Positions 30,664-41,326 are shown, counted from the stretch's first letter. The stretch is DNA of 64,000 nt from an uncultured Candidatus Saccharibacteria bacterium (GCA_964648105.1 CAZYMH010000003.1:22164-86163); one strand, 5' to 3'. Numbers and translations are program-made. The notes: generated from the letters alone by a model not told the origin.

Positions 30664-31917
30664 ATGGGATTGTTTGGTAAAAAGGCCGAAAATGACAGTC
30701 AAAACAGCCAAAGTCAGTTTAACGCTCTTATAAAAAGCAAGGAGTTGCAAGCTGATATTTTGATTCAATCGATCGGTGATGGGGTAGTTGCTACAGATGC
30801 CATGGGTCGAATTATTACGATTAATCGGGCAGCGGCCGAATTAACAGGCTGGACAGCCGAAGAAGCTACCAATATCGACTCAAGATTAGTGGTTAAATTA
30901 ATTGTTGATGAGAAAAATATGCAACTGATCTCAGAACCTGACCATCCCTTTACTCAGGTGTTAACTTCGGGCAAAACCTTCAATCAAACGCTAATTTTAG
31001 TTAACAGAAATAACCAGCATATTTATATATCAATGATGATTTCGCCGATTATCAATCCAAAAGCCAACAATTTGATCGGTCTAATTGCAATTATTCGAAA
31101 TGTCAATAAAGAAAGACGCGAAGAGCAGAGAAGTGCTGATTTTATAAGTACGGCTAGTCATGAAATGCGAACGCCAGTTGCCGCCATCGAAGGCTACTTA
31201 GCCTTAGCCTTAAACGATAAAGTAAGCAAAATTGATGCCAAGGCCCGCGAATACCTCGATAAAGCTCATGCCAGCACCCAACATCTTGGCCAACTTTTTC
31301 AAGATTTGCTAACTTCGGCCAAAGCCGAGGATGGCCGCCTAACCAGCCACCCTGTTGTAACAGAGATGTGTGCTTTCACCGAAAGCCTAACGGAAGATAT
31401 GCGATTTTCGGCCGAAAAAAAGGGTCTGGCTATCGAATATATTCAGGGTACTCACGGAGTAAGTAGTTCGGTTGATGCTTCGGGGAGTGGAACAATTGGC
31501 AAAACTATCGCCCCACTGATGTATAGTCTCGTCGACCCTGATCGTATGCGAGAAGTGATAACTAATGTCTTCGATAATGCCGTCAAATACACCGAGTCTG
31601 GCAAAATTACTATCTCCATAGCTGCTAACAATGATGTCGTCCAAATTTCGATAGCTGATACTGGTCCTGGCATACCCAAAGAAGATTTGCCTCATTTATT
31701 CCAAAAATTCTACCGAGTAGATAATTCGGCCACTCGGTCAATCGGCGGAACAGGTTTAGGGTTGTTTATTTGTGCAGCTATTGTCAAGTTATATAATGGC
31801 ACAATTTGGGCTGATAGTAAGGTCGGCGAGGGCAGTGTATTTTACATAAACTTACCTAGACTTACCTCGCAACAAGCGGCTCATTTGCAAGCCCAAGAGA
31901 AGCCTCAAATTGTCTAG
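30664..31917 (+). CDS. cytoplasmic PAS-domain sensor histidine kinase
   Basis: PAS-like region (IGDGVVATDAMGRIITINRAAAELTGW), H-box ISTASHEMRTPVAAIEGY, HATPase_c G-boxes. Confidence 0.8.
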   Translation: MGLFGKKAENDSQNSQSQFNALIKSKELQADILIQSIGDGVVATDAMGRIITINRAAAELTGWTAEEATNIDSRLVVKLIVDEKNMQLISEPDHPFTQVLTSGKTFNQTLILVNRNNQHIYISMMISPIINPKANNLIGLIAIIRNVNKERREEQRSADFISTASHEMRTPVAAIEGYLALALNDKVSKIDAKAREYLDKAHASTQHLGQLFQDLLTSAKAEDGRLTSHPVVTEMCAFTESLTEDMRFSAEKKGLAIEYIQGTHGVSSSVDASGSGTIGKTIAPLMYSLVDPDRMREVITNVFDNAVKYTESGKITISIAANNDVVQISIADTGPGIPKEDLPHLFQKFYRVDNSATRSIGGTGLGLFICAAIVKLYNGTIWADSKVGEGSVFYINLPRLTSQQAAHLQAQEKPQIV

Positions 31918-31983
31918 TAGGAAACTATTCAATAATGGTATAATATTAAACATAAGTAATATAAATATAAGAGAGAACAATTT

Positions 31984-33189
31984 ATGGCAAAAATAATGCT
32001 AGTCGAGGACGACAACAATCTGCGAGAGATATACGGTGCAAGATTGCTAGCCGAAGGACATGATATCGTAAGTGCTAAAGACGGAGAAGAAGCTCTAGCA
32101 TTAGCAGTCAAAGAAAAGCCTGAACTTATAATCTCTGATGTAATGATGCCGCGAATTAGTGGTTTTGATATGCTCGATATTTTACGGAATGCCCCCGAAA
32201 CTAAGTTTACAAAAGTAATCATGATGACCGCTTTATCGCAGGCCGAAGACAAAGCTCGAGCTAGCACACTAGGAGCTGATCGTTATTTGGTAAAATCTCA
32301 GGTTACCCTAGAAGATGTTGCTAAAGTGGTGAGAGAAGTGCTAGAAGGCAAAGAATTACCTAAGCAAGAACCACAGCCTGTAGCCACCGCTGGAGCCTCT
32401 CCAGAAAAACTAGCTGCCGATCAATCATCTACTACTAATTACACGCCTGTCGCCAGTGAGACAAGTAGCGGAGCTGCTGCCAGTTCATCACCTACCGCAC
32501 CAGTGAGCGATAGCCCAGTTACCACTGCTGCCGATGCAACAGCTGGTCATGATGTAGTGGCTCCAGTAGCTAACGATAATTCGTCTGATGCTTCGACTAC
32601 TCAAGCAGCTGCCGAAAATAGTACAGCCGAGGTCACAACTGAACCAGTACCTCTTAGTTCTAACACCGAAACTAAACAAATCGATGTACAATTACCCAAC
32701 CTTGATCAAGCGGCCGAAGAACTTAAACAAGAAGCCGCAGTAGCCGAGCCAGCAGTTGAAGCGACTACTCCTGAAGTGAAGGAAAGTGATCTGTCAGTTG
32801 GTCCGAATCTAGCCGAAGCCTTAAAATCAGAATCGACTGAGCCAAGCAACCCAGTACAAGCTAATCCAACAGCTGCCGCTTCGGTAGCTGCAGCTCAGCC
32901 AACGACCACTGCCGAACAACAACCTGCTAGTGAAGTTACGGCCGCCCAAGAAGCCAATCAACCAGCACCTACTTCTCCTGAGTCTGCAAGTGCTGAGTCA
33001 GAGGACCCATCACGTAAAAAAATTGTTATTGAGCCAATTCATGATCTATCTAAGCCAAACATCAATCAACTTGCCGAAAAAGAGCCAGACAACCAACCAA
33101 CACCTTCTTCGGCTACACCAGTTCCTCCACAACCAAGCCCAGCTCAAACTCCGCCGTCAACTAATCCTAACGATCTGATTTCTTTATAA
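31984..33189 (+). CDS. response regulator receiver with ~280-aa Ala/Pro/Thr/Ser/Glu-rich disordered C-terminal tail
   Basis: IMLVEDDNNL ... IISDVMMPRISGFD ... receiver (aa 1-120), then low-complexity sequence to the stop. Confidence 0.7.
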   Translation: MAKIMLVEDDNNLREIYGARLLAEGHDIVSAKDGEEALALAVKEKPELIISDVMMPRISGFDMLDILRNAPETKFTKVIMMTALSQAEDKARASTLGADRYLVKSQVTLEDVAKVVREVLEGKELPKQEPQPVATAGASPEKLAADQSSTTNYTPVASETSSGAAASSSPTAPVSDSPVTTAADATAGHDVVAPVANDNSSDASTTQAAAENSTAEVTTEPVPLSSNTETKQIDVQLPNLDQAAEELKQEAAVAEPAVEATTPEVKESDLSVGPNLAEALKSESTEPSNPVQANPTAAASVAAAQPTTTAEQQPASEVTAAQEANQPAPTSPESASAESEDPSRKKIVIEPIHDLSKPNINQLAEKEPDNQPTPSSATPVPPQPSPAQTPPSTNPNDLISL

Positions 33190-33222
33190 AACTCTAAATT
33201 TATTGTATAATTTGCATACACA

Positions 33223-33912
33223 ATGCGATTAAATAAATTTTTAGCTCAAAATACTGACTATTCTAGGCGAACTAGCGATAGGTTGATCGAACAAGGCCGT
33301 GTCAAAATAAACAATAATTTGGCAAATCTAGGGTCAGAGATAGAAGAGGCTGATAAAGTTTACCTCGACGACAAACTTATTACCAAATCGCTTAATCAAA
33401 TAACGATTATATTCAATAAACCGATCGGTTACATCTGTAGTCGCAAGGGACAAGGTGGCCAGACGATTTACGAAATATTGCCCAAAAAATATCATCATTT
33501 AAAGTCTGTTGGCCGACTTGATAAAAATTCTTCAGGATTACTAGTAATGACTAGCAATGGTGATCTCGCCAATCAACTGACGCACCCTAAATACCATAAG
33601 ACTAAAATTTACCAAGTGACACTCGATAAGTCACTGCAGCCGCTTCATAAACAAATGATTACTGATTACGGAGTGAATTTGGAAGACGGAGTATCTAAAT
33701 TTGTGATTGAAGACAGCGATCAAGTTGATATGCCGAAAAAATATAGAATAATTATGCAAGAAGGCCGTAATCGTCAAATCCGTCGAACATTTTCGGCTCT
33801 TGGCTACCGTGTAGCTAAACTTCATCGAACAGATTTTGGACCATATAGTTTAGGCGAACTTAAATCAAAAGAGATTAAAATATTAAACTCGAACGTTGCC
33901 GACAAGAGTTAA
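33223..33912 (+). CDS. RsuA/RluB-family pseudouridine synthase
   Basis: N-terminal S4 domain (MRLNKFLAQNTDYSRRTSDRLIEQGRVKINN) and catalytic GRLDKNSSGLLVMTSNGDL motif. Confidence 0.8.
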   Translation: MRLNKFLAQNTDYSRRTSDRLIEQGRVKINNNLANLGSEIEEADKVYLDDKLITKSLNQITIIFNKPIGYICSRKGQGGQTIYEILPKKYHHLKSVGRLDKNSSGLLVMTSNGDLANQLTHPKYHKTKIYQVTLDKSLQPLHKQMITDYGVNLEDGVSKFVIEDSDQVDMPKKYRIIMQEGRNRQIRRTFSALGYRVAKLHRTDFGPYSLGELKSKEIKILNSNVADKS

Positions 33913-34473
33913 ATTAGGCGATTTATCAACTCCTAAAAATGAGCCAATTAATCCACTATATTTAGCATATGAAGTTCCATGGTGTTGGACTTTGCCAATT
34001 CCAGCCTTTTTCATTACCTCATCAGCATTGCAACCGACCACTGAACTCATCGTAATTGATCCAGTCAGCATAACTAGTCCATAATTATCTTGAGGAGTCT
34101 TAATGCGGCTGAAAACATCTTGATGCCAATCATCTAATGTTCGTAGTCCGCCCGGTTTTTCTATCTCAATTAAATCTTCAAAAATAATAGTGTGCCCATT
34201 GGAACGGCGAGAGCTGGATAAAAACTTTCTAGCTCTTTGGTATTGCTTCTCGGCTAAATTAAAGGGAATTTCAGGATCATGAACACCTACAAACTGAACA
34301 TTTTGATCAAATTTATAATCATCCTTGGCTAGCCCTGCTGCACCCATAACTCTAAAAAGTTGATCTTTCCACTCATTTTCTTGTTTTTTGCCAAAAAATA
34401 ACAGTTCTGGCTGAGGTAATCCAAAAATTACTAGGTTATTTTGGCTGCGGTTATTTATTTCGATTTGATTCAA
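33883..34473 (-). CDS. hypothetical protein (weak LOG/SLOG-like motif)
   Basis: PGGLRTLDD resembles the LOG PGGxGTxEE motif, but the motif order does not fit canonical LOG. Confidence 0.25.
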   Translation of the reverse strand: MNQIEINNRSQNNLVIFGLPQPELLFFGKKQENEWKDQLFRVMGAAGLAKDDYKFDQNVQFVGVHDPEIPFNLAEKQYQRARKFLSSSRRSNGHTIIFEDLIEIEKPGGLRTLDDWHQDVFSRIKTPQDNYGLVMLTGSITMSSVVGCNADEVMKKAGIGKVQHHGTSYAKYSGLIGSFLGVDKSPNLTLVGNVRV

Positions 34474-34554
34474 TTTTAATTCTTTTAAGGGCTACTTATC
34501 GGTTAATTTGTTATGCTTACATCATACAACTGAATGTACTAATTTTTCAAATTT

Positions 34555-35126
34555 TTATGACCTGAAGGGGGGGACTTGTAACTCTTTCCAAAATAGTACA
34601 CCAGCCTGTGTACTATATATGTTATCAATGACTGGCTCAGGTTTGGTAAGAACGTAGCCTAAGCCATCTGTAGTATATAAGCCTGATGCCTCTTTGTTAT
34701 TGATCATTGTTTTGCTCAATTTATCTTGATCAACCAAAGTCGCCACACCTACCCCTCTATCTGGGGCATCTAACTTATTAATTATCCTAGAGAGGATTTG
34801 GTAGTCTAGGCATGGTATCTGACCGCGATTTGTGGGCCTATAGCTGCAAATTTCGAGTCTTTTTATTTGGCCTTGCATTCTCCGTCGGAAGGTCCCCGTA
34901 ATTCCCCGAAGTGGTGATTCATTTTCGATAATATCTGGGCTTCTCATGTCCACTAAAACCCACTCTGAACAAACCAGCTTACCAAGATTACGTTTAGCCA
35001 TTTGCCTCATCGCAATACCTACCAACAATTCGTCAGATGCTTTTGAAGGCATTGGCAAAACAATCAATCGATCTTTCATAGATTGAAAAGTGCCTAATTT
35101 AGGATTTAATTTAAGTATCTCACTCA
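34555..35126 (-). CDS. hypothetical protein (start moved to internal Met)
   Basis: the ORF-track start at 35358 overlaps der by 170 bp; internal ATG at 35126 (MSEILKLNPK) removes the overlap. Confidence 0.3.
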
Positions 35127-35188
35127 TTTTAGCAATTATGTTATATAAATAGTTTTTAGTCAACTTATTATCTGTTATAATATATACA

Positions 35189-36628
35189 ATGAGTAAGAAA
35201 AAACTACCAATTGTGGCGATTGTTGGCCGAGCTAATGTCGGCAAATCTAGTCTATTTAACGCAATTCTAAACCGTCGTGAAGCGATTGTCTTTGATGAGC
35301 CAGGTACAACTCGCGATTCGATTATTGCTAAAGCTAGTATAGAGGTTGTCGAAGACAAAAAGTTAGTAAACCAAAATTTTTGGCTAGTTGATACAGCTGG
35401 ACTTAAAGATGCAGCTGATGATTTTGAAGCAACAATCCAGGACCAAATTATTCAAGCAGCCGACTCAGCTGATGTAATCATGGTAATGGTCGAGGCAAAT
35501 ACTACCATCACCGAAGAAGACAGACGAGTTGCCAAAATGGCTCTTAGGTCTGGTAAGCCAGTTATTTTAATAATTAATAAGATCGATAAAGCTAAAAATA
35601 CAGATGTTAGCCACTTTGAGAGGTTAGGCATTAAAGCCATATTTGAAACATCAATCCCTCAATATCGCGGTCTAGAAGAACTAACTGATCACTTAGGCGA
35701 AATCCTGCCTAAAGTAAGCCAAGAAGATGACGAAAACCGCATACGTTTAGCGATTTTAGGTAGACCGAATGTTGGTAAGTCGGCCTTATTTAACTGTTTA
35801 TTAAAAAAACAGCAAGCCGTTGTGTCTAATCGAGCTGGTACAACCCGCGACATTAATCGCAATCTTATCCGCTATAAAAATATCGAAATTGAACTAATGG
35901 ACACAGCTGGTATACGTCGTAGCGGCAAGATCGAGAAGGGAATCGAGAGATTTAGTGTAATCCGTAGTTTAGCAGCTATCGAGCAAGCTGATGTCTGTTT
36001 ATTGCTGATTGATGCAAATGAATTAAATGTTCAGCTTGACCAAAAAATTGCTGGCATGATAAAAGAGTCAGGTAAGGGGTTAATTTTGGTGGTTAGTAAA
36101 TGGGATAGTATCGAGAAAGACGCTTTTACTCGCGATACAGATACTGCCCCCAAAATTGCTCATAATTTTGATTTTGTCCCTTGGGCTCCATTAATTTTTA
36201 CTAGTAGCGTATCGGGTCAAAATGTAAGTAAAATATTTGAGTTAACACTTACAATTATTGATGAGCGAGCAAAGCGTATCAAAACAACCGAGCTTAACCG
36301 TTGGCTAAAAAAAGTAACTGATCGTCATCCACCAGCTGGCCTAAAAAATCGGACTCCAAAACTCAATTACATCACTCAAGAAACAGATAACCCAACACCA
36401 GCTTTCAAAGTTTTTGGCTCACATACAAAGTTTATCCACTGGAGTTATCGTCGCCATATGGAACGACGCTTACGAGAAGAGTACGAGTTCAATGGTACCC
36501 CTGTACAATTTTGGTTTATCGAGAAGCATGACACCCATAAACATGGCCTGAGTCCTACGCGAGATGGCGACGCACGAGCCAAAGCAATTCGCCAAAAACG
36601 AAGTCGCAGCAAAGTAAAAAATAATTAG
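35189..36628 (+). CDS. der: ribosome-biogenesis GTPase Der (EngA)
   Basis: tandem GTPase domains (GRANVGKSSLFN, GRPNVGKSALFN, DTAG twice) plus KH-like C-domain; basic C-terminal tail. Confidence 0.9.
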   Translation: MSKKKLPIVAIVGRANVGKSSLFNAILNRREAIVFDEPGTTRDSIIAKASIEVVEDKKLVNQNFWLVDTAGLKDAADDFEATIQDQIIQAADSADVIMVMVEANTTITEEDRRVAKMALRSGKPVILIINKIDKAKNTDVSHFERLGIKAIFETSIPQYRGLEELTDHLGEILPKVSQEDDENRIRLAILGRPNVGKSALFNCLLKKQQAVVSNRAGTTRDINRNLIRYKNIEIELMDTAGIRRSGKIEKGIERFSVIRSLAAIEQADVCLLLIDANELNVQLDQKIAGMIKESGKGLILVVSKWDSIEKDAFTRDTDTAPKIAHNFDFVPWAPLIFTSSVSGQNVSKIFELTLTIIDERAKRIKTTELNRWLKKVTDRHPPAGLKNRTPKLNYITQETDNPTPAFKVFGSHTKFIHWSYRRHMERRLREEYEFNGTPVQFWFIEKHDTHKHGLSPTRDGDARAKAIRQKRSRSKVKNN

Positions 36629-36640
36629 GAGCAAAATAAA

Positions 36641-37309
36641 GTGGGATTATTTCAACGCAACACCTTTACAAATGACAGTCCGTTATATGAGATAGTCGAC
36701 CCTAAGTCGATTACAGGTACGAATTTAGGCATTCCTCAAACTGTACTAATAATTGGCCTTGGCAATATCGGCACAGAATATAATGGTAGTCGCCATAATT
36801 TAGGCTTTGAAATGCTAGATTATTTTGCTCAGATCAATGATTTTCCGAAGTGGTCCCTTAGCAAAAGTCGGTTTTGCCATGAAACATCAGCAACCATAGC
36901 TGGTAAAAAAATCATTTTAGCCAAACCGACTACCTATATGAACGACAGTGGTAAGGCAGTAAAAGCCATGCAGACTTTTTATAATATTAAATCAGAGCAA
37001 ACACTCGTTTTGCACGACGAACTCGATATAAATTTTGGGCAAATTCGCACCCGCGTTGGTGGCGGAAGTGCAGGCAACAATGGTATCAAATCGATTATCG
37101 AGGCGACTAGTGACAATTTTGGCCGAATTCGAGTTGGTATTGGCCCCAAAAAACCAACTAATATTGATTCGGCAAATTATGTTCTTGGCAAATTTACTCA
37201 GGCAGAAATTAAAAATTTAGCAGAAATTAAGGTCGAAATTGCCAGTATTTTAAGTGAGTATATCTCGCTAGGTCAACTAACCGAAGAAACTCGTCATATC
37301 ATTTTTTAG
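36641..37309 (+). CDS. pth: peptidyl-tRNA hydrolase
   Basis: IIGLGNIGTEYNGSRHNLGF ... HDELD motifs; GTG start with a ~35-aa N-terminal extension. Confidence 0.85.
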   Translation: MGLFQRNTFTNDSPLYEIVDPKSITGTNLGIPQTVLIIGLGNIGTEYNGSRHNLGFEMLDYFAQINDFPKWSLSKSRFCHETSATIAGKKIILAKPTTYMNDSGKAVKAMQTFYNIKSEQTLVLHDELDINFGQIRTRVGGGSAGNNGIKSIIEATSDNFGRIRVGIGPKKPTNIDSANYVLGKFTQAEIKNLAEIKVEIASILSEYISLGQLTEETRHIIF

Positions 37310-37504
37310 GGCCAGACAAACTATCGACAATAAATATCATGGGTTTAATGGCTACTTCGCCGATATACTTCATCAATTGCCAACTCCTAGAGAATACATC
37401 GGGTGAGGGCGGTGATTTTTCGGGACTAAACATACCTTTTATCATACCAAAATTATTTTGAAATTTAGAGATATATAGATAAATAATTAATTACATAATT
37501 TAAT

Positions 37505-37895
37505 TTCAACAAAAAAGAGCCTCCAGAGGGGGTGGGCACCGCTGGAAGCTCATTTTCGAGCTCGAAACCACGTATGGCTCAAGCTCACAATATACCCTTC
37601 AACCCACCTTGAAGGCCTTCCAAATAAGTTATTTTCGAAAAAATAAATAGATGGACCCACTCATAGGTTGTGACGTCAATCCACCGCGGCTCAACTAAAA
37701 CGAGGGGGGAATGCGTGGTTAAAGGGACTCTAGGGCTAACAAACTTTGTTAAACCAAGAGTTTGCCCCTAGAGCATCTGGCAAATCCAGATGAGGTTGTA
37801 GTATAGTTATAAAAGTAAGTGGAGGGTACAACTTACAAACTATTTTTATACCTTGCACACTTAAAGGTCCTGTTTGATCAAACTAAACACGACAT
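37505..37895 (-). ncRNA. unclassified structured RNA candidate
   Basis: GC-rich ORF-free segment dense in perfect short hairpins; ends on the minus strand with a terminator (GAGCTTCCAGCGG...CTCTGGAGGCTC + TTTTTTG). Confidence 0.3.
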
Positions 37896-38023
37896 TAAAG
37901 TGTACACTCTAAGAACAATCTAACTTTTGGGGTATGGAATGTACCAAGCAATAAATACATCTATTGCTTACAGATTGACATTTTAGCAAAGAAATTACAT
38001 TATGTCAATACTTTTTAACTAAT

Positions 38024-38902
38024 TTGTTATTTATGCAAGATTTCACTATAAAAACCTTAAGCACTAATCAACTACCAGATTCGCTAACTCGGCTTCACAA
38101 TCCACCGCCGAAATTATATCTGAAGGGTAATTTTGATCTGTTACAGTCGAACTTACCCAAAGTAGGTATAGTCGGAGCCAGAAAATTTACACCTTATGGT
38201 CGTCAAGTTACTGCCGATTTAAGTTCGGCACTAGCTAGGGCAGGGGTAGTTGTTGTTAGTGGACTTGCCTTAGGGGTTGATAGTATAGCTCACAAAGCTT
38301 GTCTTGATAGTAATGGACAGACTATTGCGGTTTTGCCGTGCGGAATTGACACAATTTACCCATCGTCTCATTATCAATTAGCCAAAACAATTTTAGCTAA
38401 AAACAGTCTATTGGTCAGTGAATACGAGGGCAAAACTTCGCCCAAGAAATATAATTTTATCGAACGCAACCGTATAATTGCTTCACTTTGCGATATTTTG
38501 ATCGTAACAGAGGCTGCTGAGGCTAGTGGCAGCCTCCATACGGCTAGTTTTGCCCTAGAGCAGGGGATAACGGTTATGGCCGTACCTGGCAATATAACTA
38601 GCCCGTACAGTCAAGGCACCAACAAACTAATCCAAAATGGTGCATACCCAGTTCTAAAACCACAAGATGTAACAGATCTATTGGGCTTGAAAGGTCATAT
38701 AAACACACTAACTTATAGCTATTTACCAAAAAATCCTCGAGAAAAACTAATTATCGATAGCTTATCCGGTTGCCAACTGACAACCAATGATCTGATAAAA
38801 CAGACCAAGATTGAACCAATCGAACTTCAAACAACACTCACACTTATGGAAATTGAGGGAGTTGTTGAGGTAGACAATGCTTTATGGCGTCTGAAACTAT
38901 AG
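38024..38902 (+). CDS. dprA: DNA-processing protein DprA (Smf)
   Basis: VGIVGARKFTPYGRQV ... VVVSGLALGVDSIAHKA Rossmann motif and C-terminal winged-helix region. Confidence 0.85.
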   Translation: MLFMQDFTIKTLSTNQLPDSLTRLHNPPPKLYLKGNFDLLQSNLPKVGIVGARKFTPYGRQVTADLSSALARAGVVVVSGLALGVDSIAHKACLDSNGQTIAVLPCGIDTIYPSSHYQLAKTILAKNSLLVSEYEGKTSPKKYNFIERNRIIASLCDILIVTEAAEASGSLHTASFALEQGITVMAVPGNITSPYSQGTNKLIQNGAYPVLKPQDVTDLLGLKGHINTLTYSYLPKNPREKLIIDSLSGCQLTTNDLIKQTKIEPIELQTTLTLMEIEGVVEVDNALWRLKL

Positions 38903-39040
38903 TGATTATTGACTGAAAAATCATTTTTAAAGTTATTAACAGTTAATTAATTTGTGGTCCAAATTTGCAAAAATTTGAGCTTATTGATAGATTAGGTATT
39001 TGTAACTAACACATAATAATGTAAGCTAGACATAACCTAT

Positions 39041-41326
39041 ATGACAAAAAACTTAGTAATAGTCGAGAGTCCCGCCAAAGCCAAAACCATCGAGAAATAC
39101 CTCGGTAGTGACTACCAAGTCAAAAGCAGCTTTGGCCATATTCGTGATTTACCAAGCAAAGGCTTATCGATCGATAAAGACAACAACTTCCAGCCTTCAT
39201 ATCAGATTTCTGACGACAAAAAGAAAGTCGCTAGCGAACTCAAAAAGGCAGCCAAAAACGCTGATGAAGTTTGGCTGGCCAGTGATGAAGACCGCGAAGG
39301 AGAAGCTATTGCTTGGCATTTATGTCATGTTTTAGGGCTAGAGCCGACCAAAACTAAACGAATAGTCTTTCATGAAATTACTAAGCCAGCTATCGAAAAT
39401 GCCATCAAAAATCCCCGTACAGTTGATATAAATTTGGTCGATGCCCAACAAGCTCGACGAGTGTTAGACAGGCTAGTTGGTTATGAACTCTCGCCAGTAT
39501 TATGGAAAAAGGTCCAAACTGGTCTCAGTGCTGGCCGTGTCCAATCGGTAGCCGTTCGTTTGATCGTTGAGCGTGAACGAGAAATCGAAAATTTCCAGTC
39601 AAAAGATAAATATAAAGTCTCAGCAATATTTATTATCGATAATCAAGAGGTAAAAGCCGAGCTAAACACCACATTTGAAAATGAACAAGCTGTAAACGAT
39701 TTTTTTGGTAATATTCTAGAGTCAACTTACACGGTTGAGGATATTGCAACCAAACCGTCCAAGCGTAATCCATCGGCACCATTTACTACCTCCAGCCTTC
39801 AGCAAGAAGCTTCAACTAAACTAGGTTTTAGCGTTAAACAAACGATGACTTTGGCTCAAAGATTATACGAAAACGGCCATATCACTTATATGCGTACAGA
39901 TAGTACAAATCTTTCTACTTTATCGCTAAATGCCGCCCAAAAATTCATTACACAAAATTATGGCAAAAATTATCACCGAATTCGTACTTACAAAACCAAA
40001 AATTCTTCAGCTCAAGAAGCTCATGAAGCTATCCGCCCATCTGATTTCAATAATACCGAGGCAGGTAGCGATGCTAATCAACAAAAATTATATAAGTTAA
40101 TTTGGCGGAGAACTCTAGCAAGCCAAATGGCTTCTGCCGAAACTGAGCGAAGTGAAATAACCATTGCTATCAGTGGTAGCAGTCATAAACTAGTTGCTAA
40201 AGGTGAAATATTAAAATTCGACGGATTCTACAAAGTCTATGGCGGCGGCAAGGACGATACGATCTTGCCAGTTGTGTCGAAAGGTGATCAATTAAACCTC
40301 TCAGAAATGCGGGCCATTCAATCATACGATAAACCACCAGCTCGCTATTCAGAAGCCTCATTGGTCAGACGAATGGAAGATTTGGGAATTGGCAGGCCAA
40401 GCACCTACGCTCCGACTATTTCAACAATTCAATCACGAGGTTATATCGAGAAAAGTGACTCTGTCGGCACTGAGCGGGCTTTGAACAATATTATTCTCAA
40501 AAATAACCAAATCTCAATCGAAAAAACTAGTGAAACAACAGGTAATGAACGATCTAAGTTATTTCCAACTCATTTGGCCGATATAACTACTGATTTTTTG
40601 GTCAAACATTTTGGCGAGATAATTGATTATGATTTCACGGCCAACGCTGAAAAATCTTTGGACAAAATCGCCGACGGCAAAACTAAGTGGCAAGCAATAA
40701 TTGCCGAATTTTATAAAGATTTTAGTCCGCTAATTGAAAAATCAGCCGATGTAAGCCGAGCCGAAACATCAAAAGCTCGCATTTTGGGCGTCGACCCAAA
40801 ATCGGGTAAAGCAATTATTGCTCGTTATGGTCGCTATGGTCCGATGCTTCAAAAAGGCGAAACCGAGGACCAAGAAAAGCCCCAATTTGCTCCTCTCCCA
40901 GATGGTAGTGATCTAAAAACTGTAACGCTAGAGCAAGCTTTAGAGATGTTTAAATTACCAAGAAAAGTCGGTGAAACACCAGAAGGCCACGAAATTAATG
41001 CTAATATCGGTCGTTTTGGTCCTTATGTGCAGGTAAATGGCAAATTCATCTCGATTAAACCGCATGATCCGATGAGCATCACGCTCGAAGAAGCCCTAGA
41101 AATCATCAAAGAAAAACAAAAAAAGGAAGCCGACAAATATATTAACCAATTTGCTAGCGGTATATCGATTGTTAACGGTCCCTATGGGCCATATATCACC
41201 GATGGCAAAAAGAATGCTCGGATTGCAAAAGACACCGATGCCAAAACAATTACCGAAGCTGAAGCCAAGAAGTTATTAGATAAAGCACCAGCACGCAAAA
41301 AACGGTCTTTTCGTAGCAAAAAATAA
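39041..41326 (+). CDS. topA: DNA topoisomerase I
   Basis: Toprim start (LVIVESPAKAKTIEKYLG), catalytic Tyr region (ITYMRTDST), C-terminal GRFGPYV repeats, basic tail. Confidence 0.92.
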   Translation: MTKNLVIVESPAKAKTIEKYLGSDYQVKSSFGHIRDLPSKGLSIDKDNNFQPSYQISDDKKKVASELKKAAKNADEVWLASDEDREGEAIAWHLCHVLGLEPTKTKRIVFHEITKPAIENAIKNPRTVDINLVDAQQARRVLDRLVGYELSPVLWKKVQTGLSAGRVQSVAVRLIVEREREIENFQSKDKYKVSAIFIIDNQEVKAELNTTFENEQAVNDFFGNILESTYTVEDIATKPSKRNPSAPFTTSSLQQEASTKLGFSVKQTMTLAQRLYENGHITYMRTDSTNLSTLSLNAAQKFITQNYGKNYHRIRTYKTKNSSAQEAHEAIRPSDFNNTEAGSDANQQKLYKLIWRRTLASQMASAETERSEITIAISGSSHKLVAKGEILKFDGFYKVYGGGKDDTILPVVSKGDQLNLSEMRAIQSYDKPPARYSEASLVRRMEDLGIGRPSTYAPTISTIQSRGYIEKSDSVGTERALNNIILKNNQISIEKTSETTGNERSKLFPTHLADITTDFLVKHFGEIIDYDFTANAEKSLDKIADGKTKWQAIIAEFYKDFSPLIEKSADVSRAETSKARILGVDPKSGKAIIARYGRYGPMLQKGETEDQEKPQFAPLPDGSDLKTVTLEQALEMFKLPRKVGETPEGHEINANIGRFGPYVQVNGKFISIKPHDPMSITLEEALEIIKEKQKKEADKYINQFASGISIVNGPYGPYITDGKKNARIAKDTDAKTITEAEAKKLLDKAPARKKRSFRSKK

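Noticed and set aside
33883-34473. LOG-family (cytokinin riboside 5'-monophosphate phosphoribohydrolase) assignment
   Set aside because: A PGGxRTLDD-like motif is present but the GGGxGxMG motif is not upstream of it as in true LOG proteins; left as hypothetical.
37490-37900. RNase P RNA, SRP RNA or tmRNA identity for the structured intergenic element
   Set aside because: Neither strand has the conserved GGAAAGUCC/P4 motifs, SRP helix-8 (AGGUC...GGAA...AGCAGC) or tmRNA acceptor/T-arm sequences; it is kept only as an unclassified RNA candidate.
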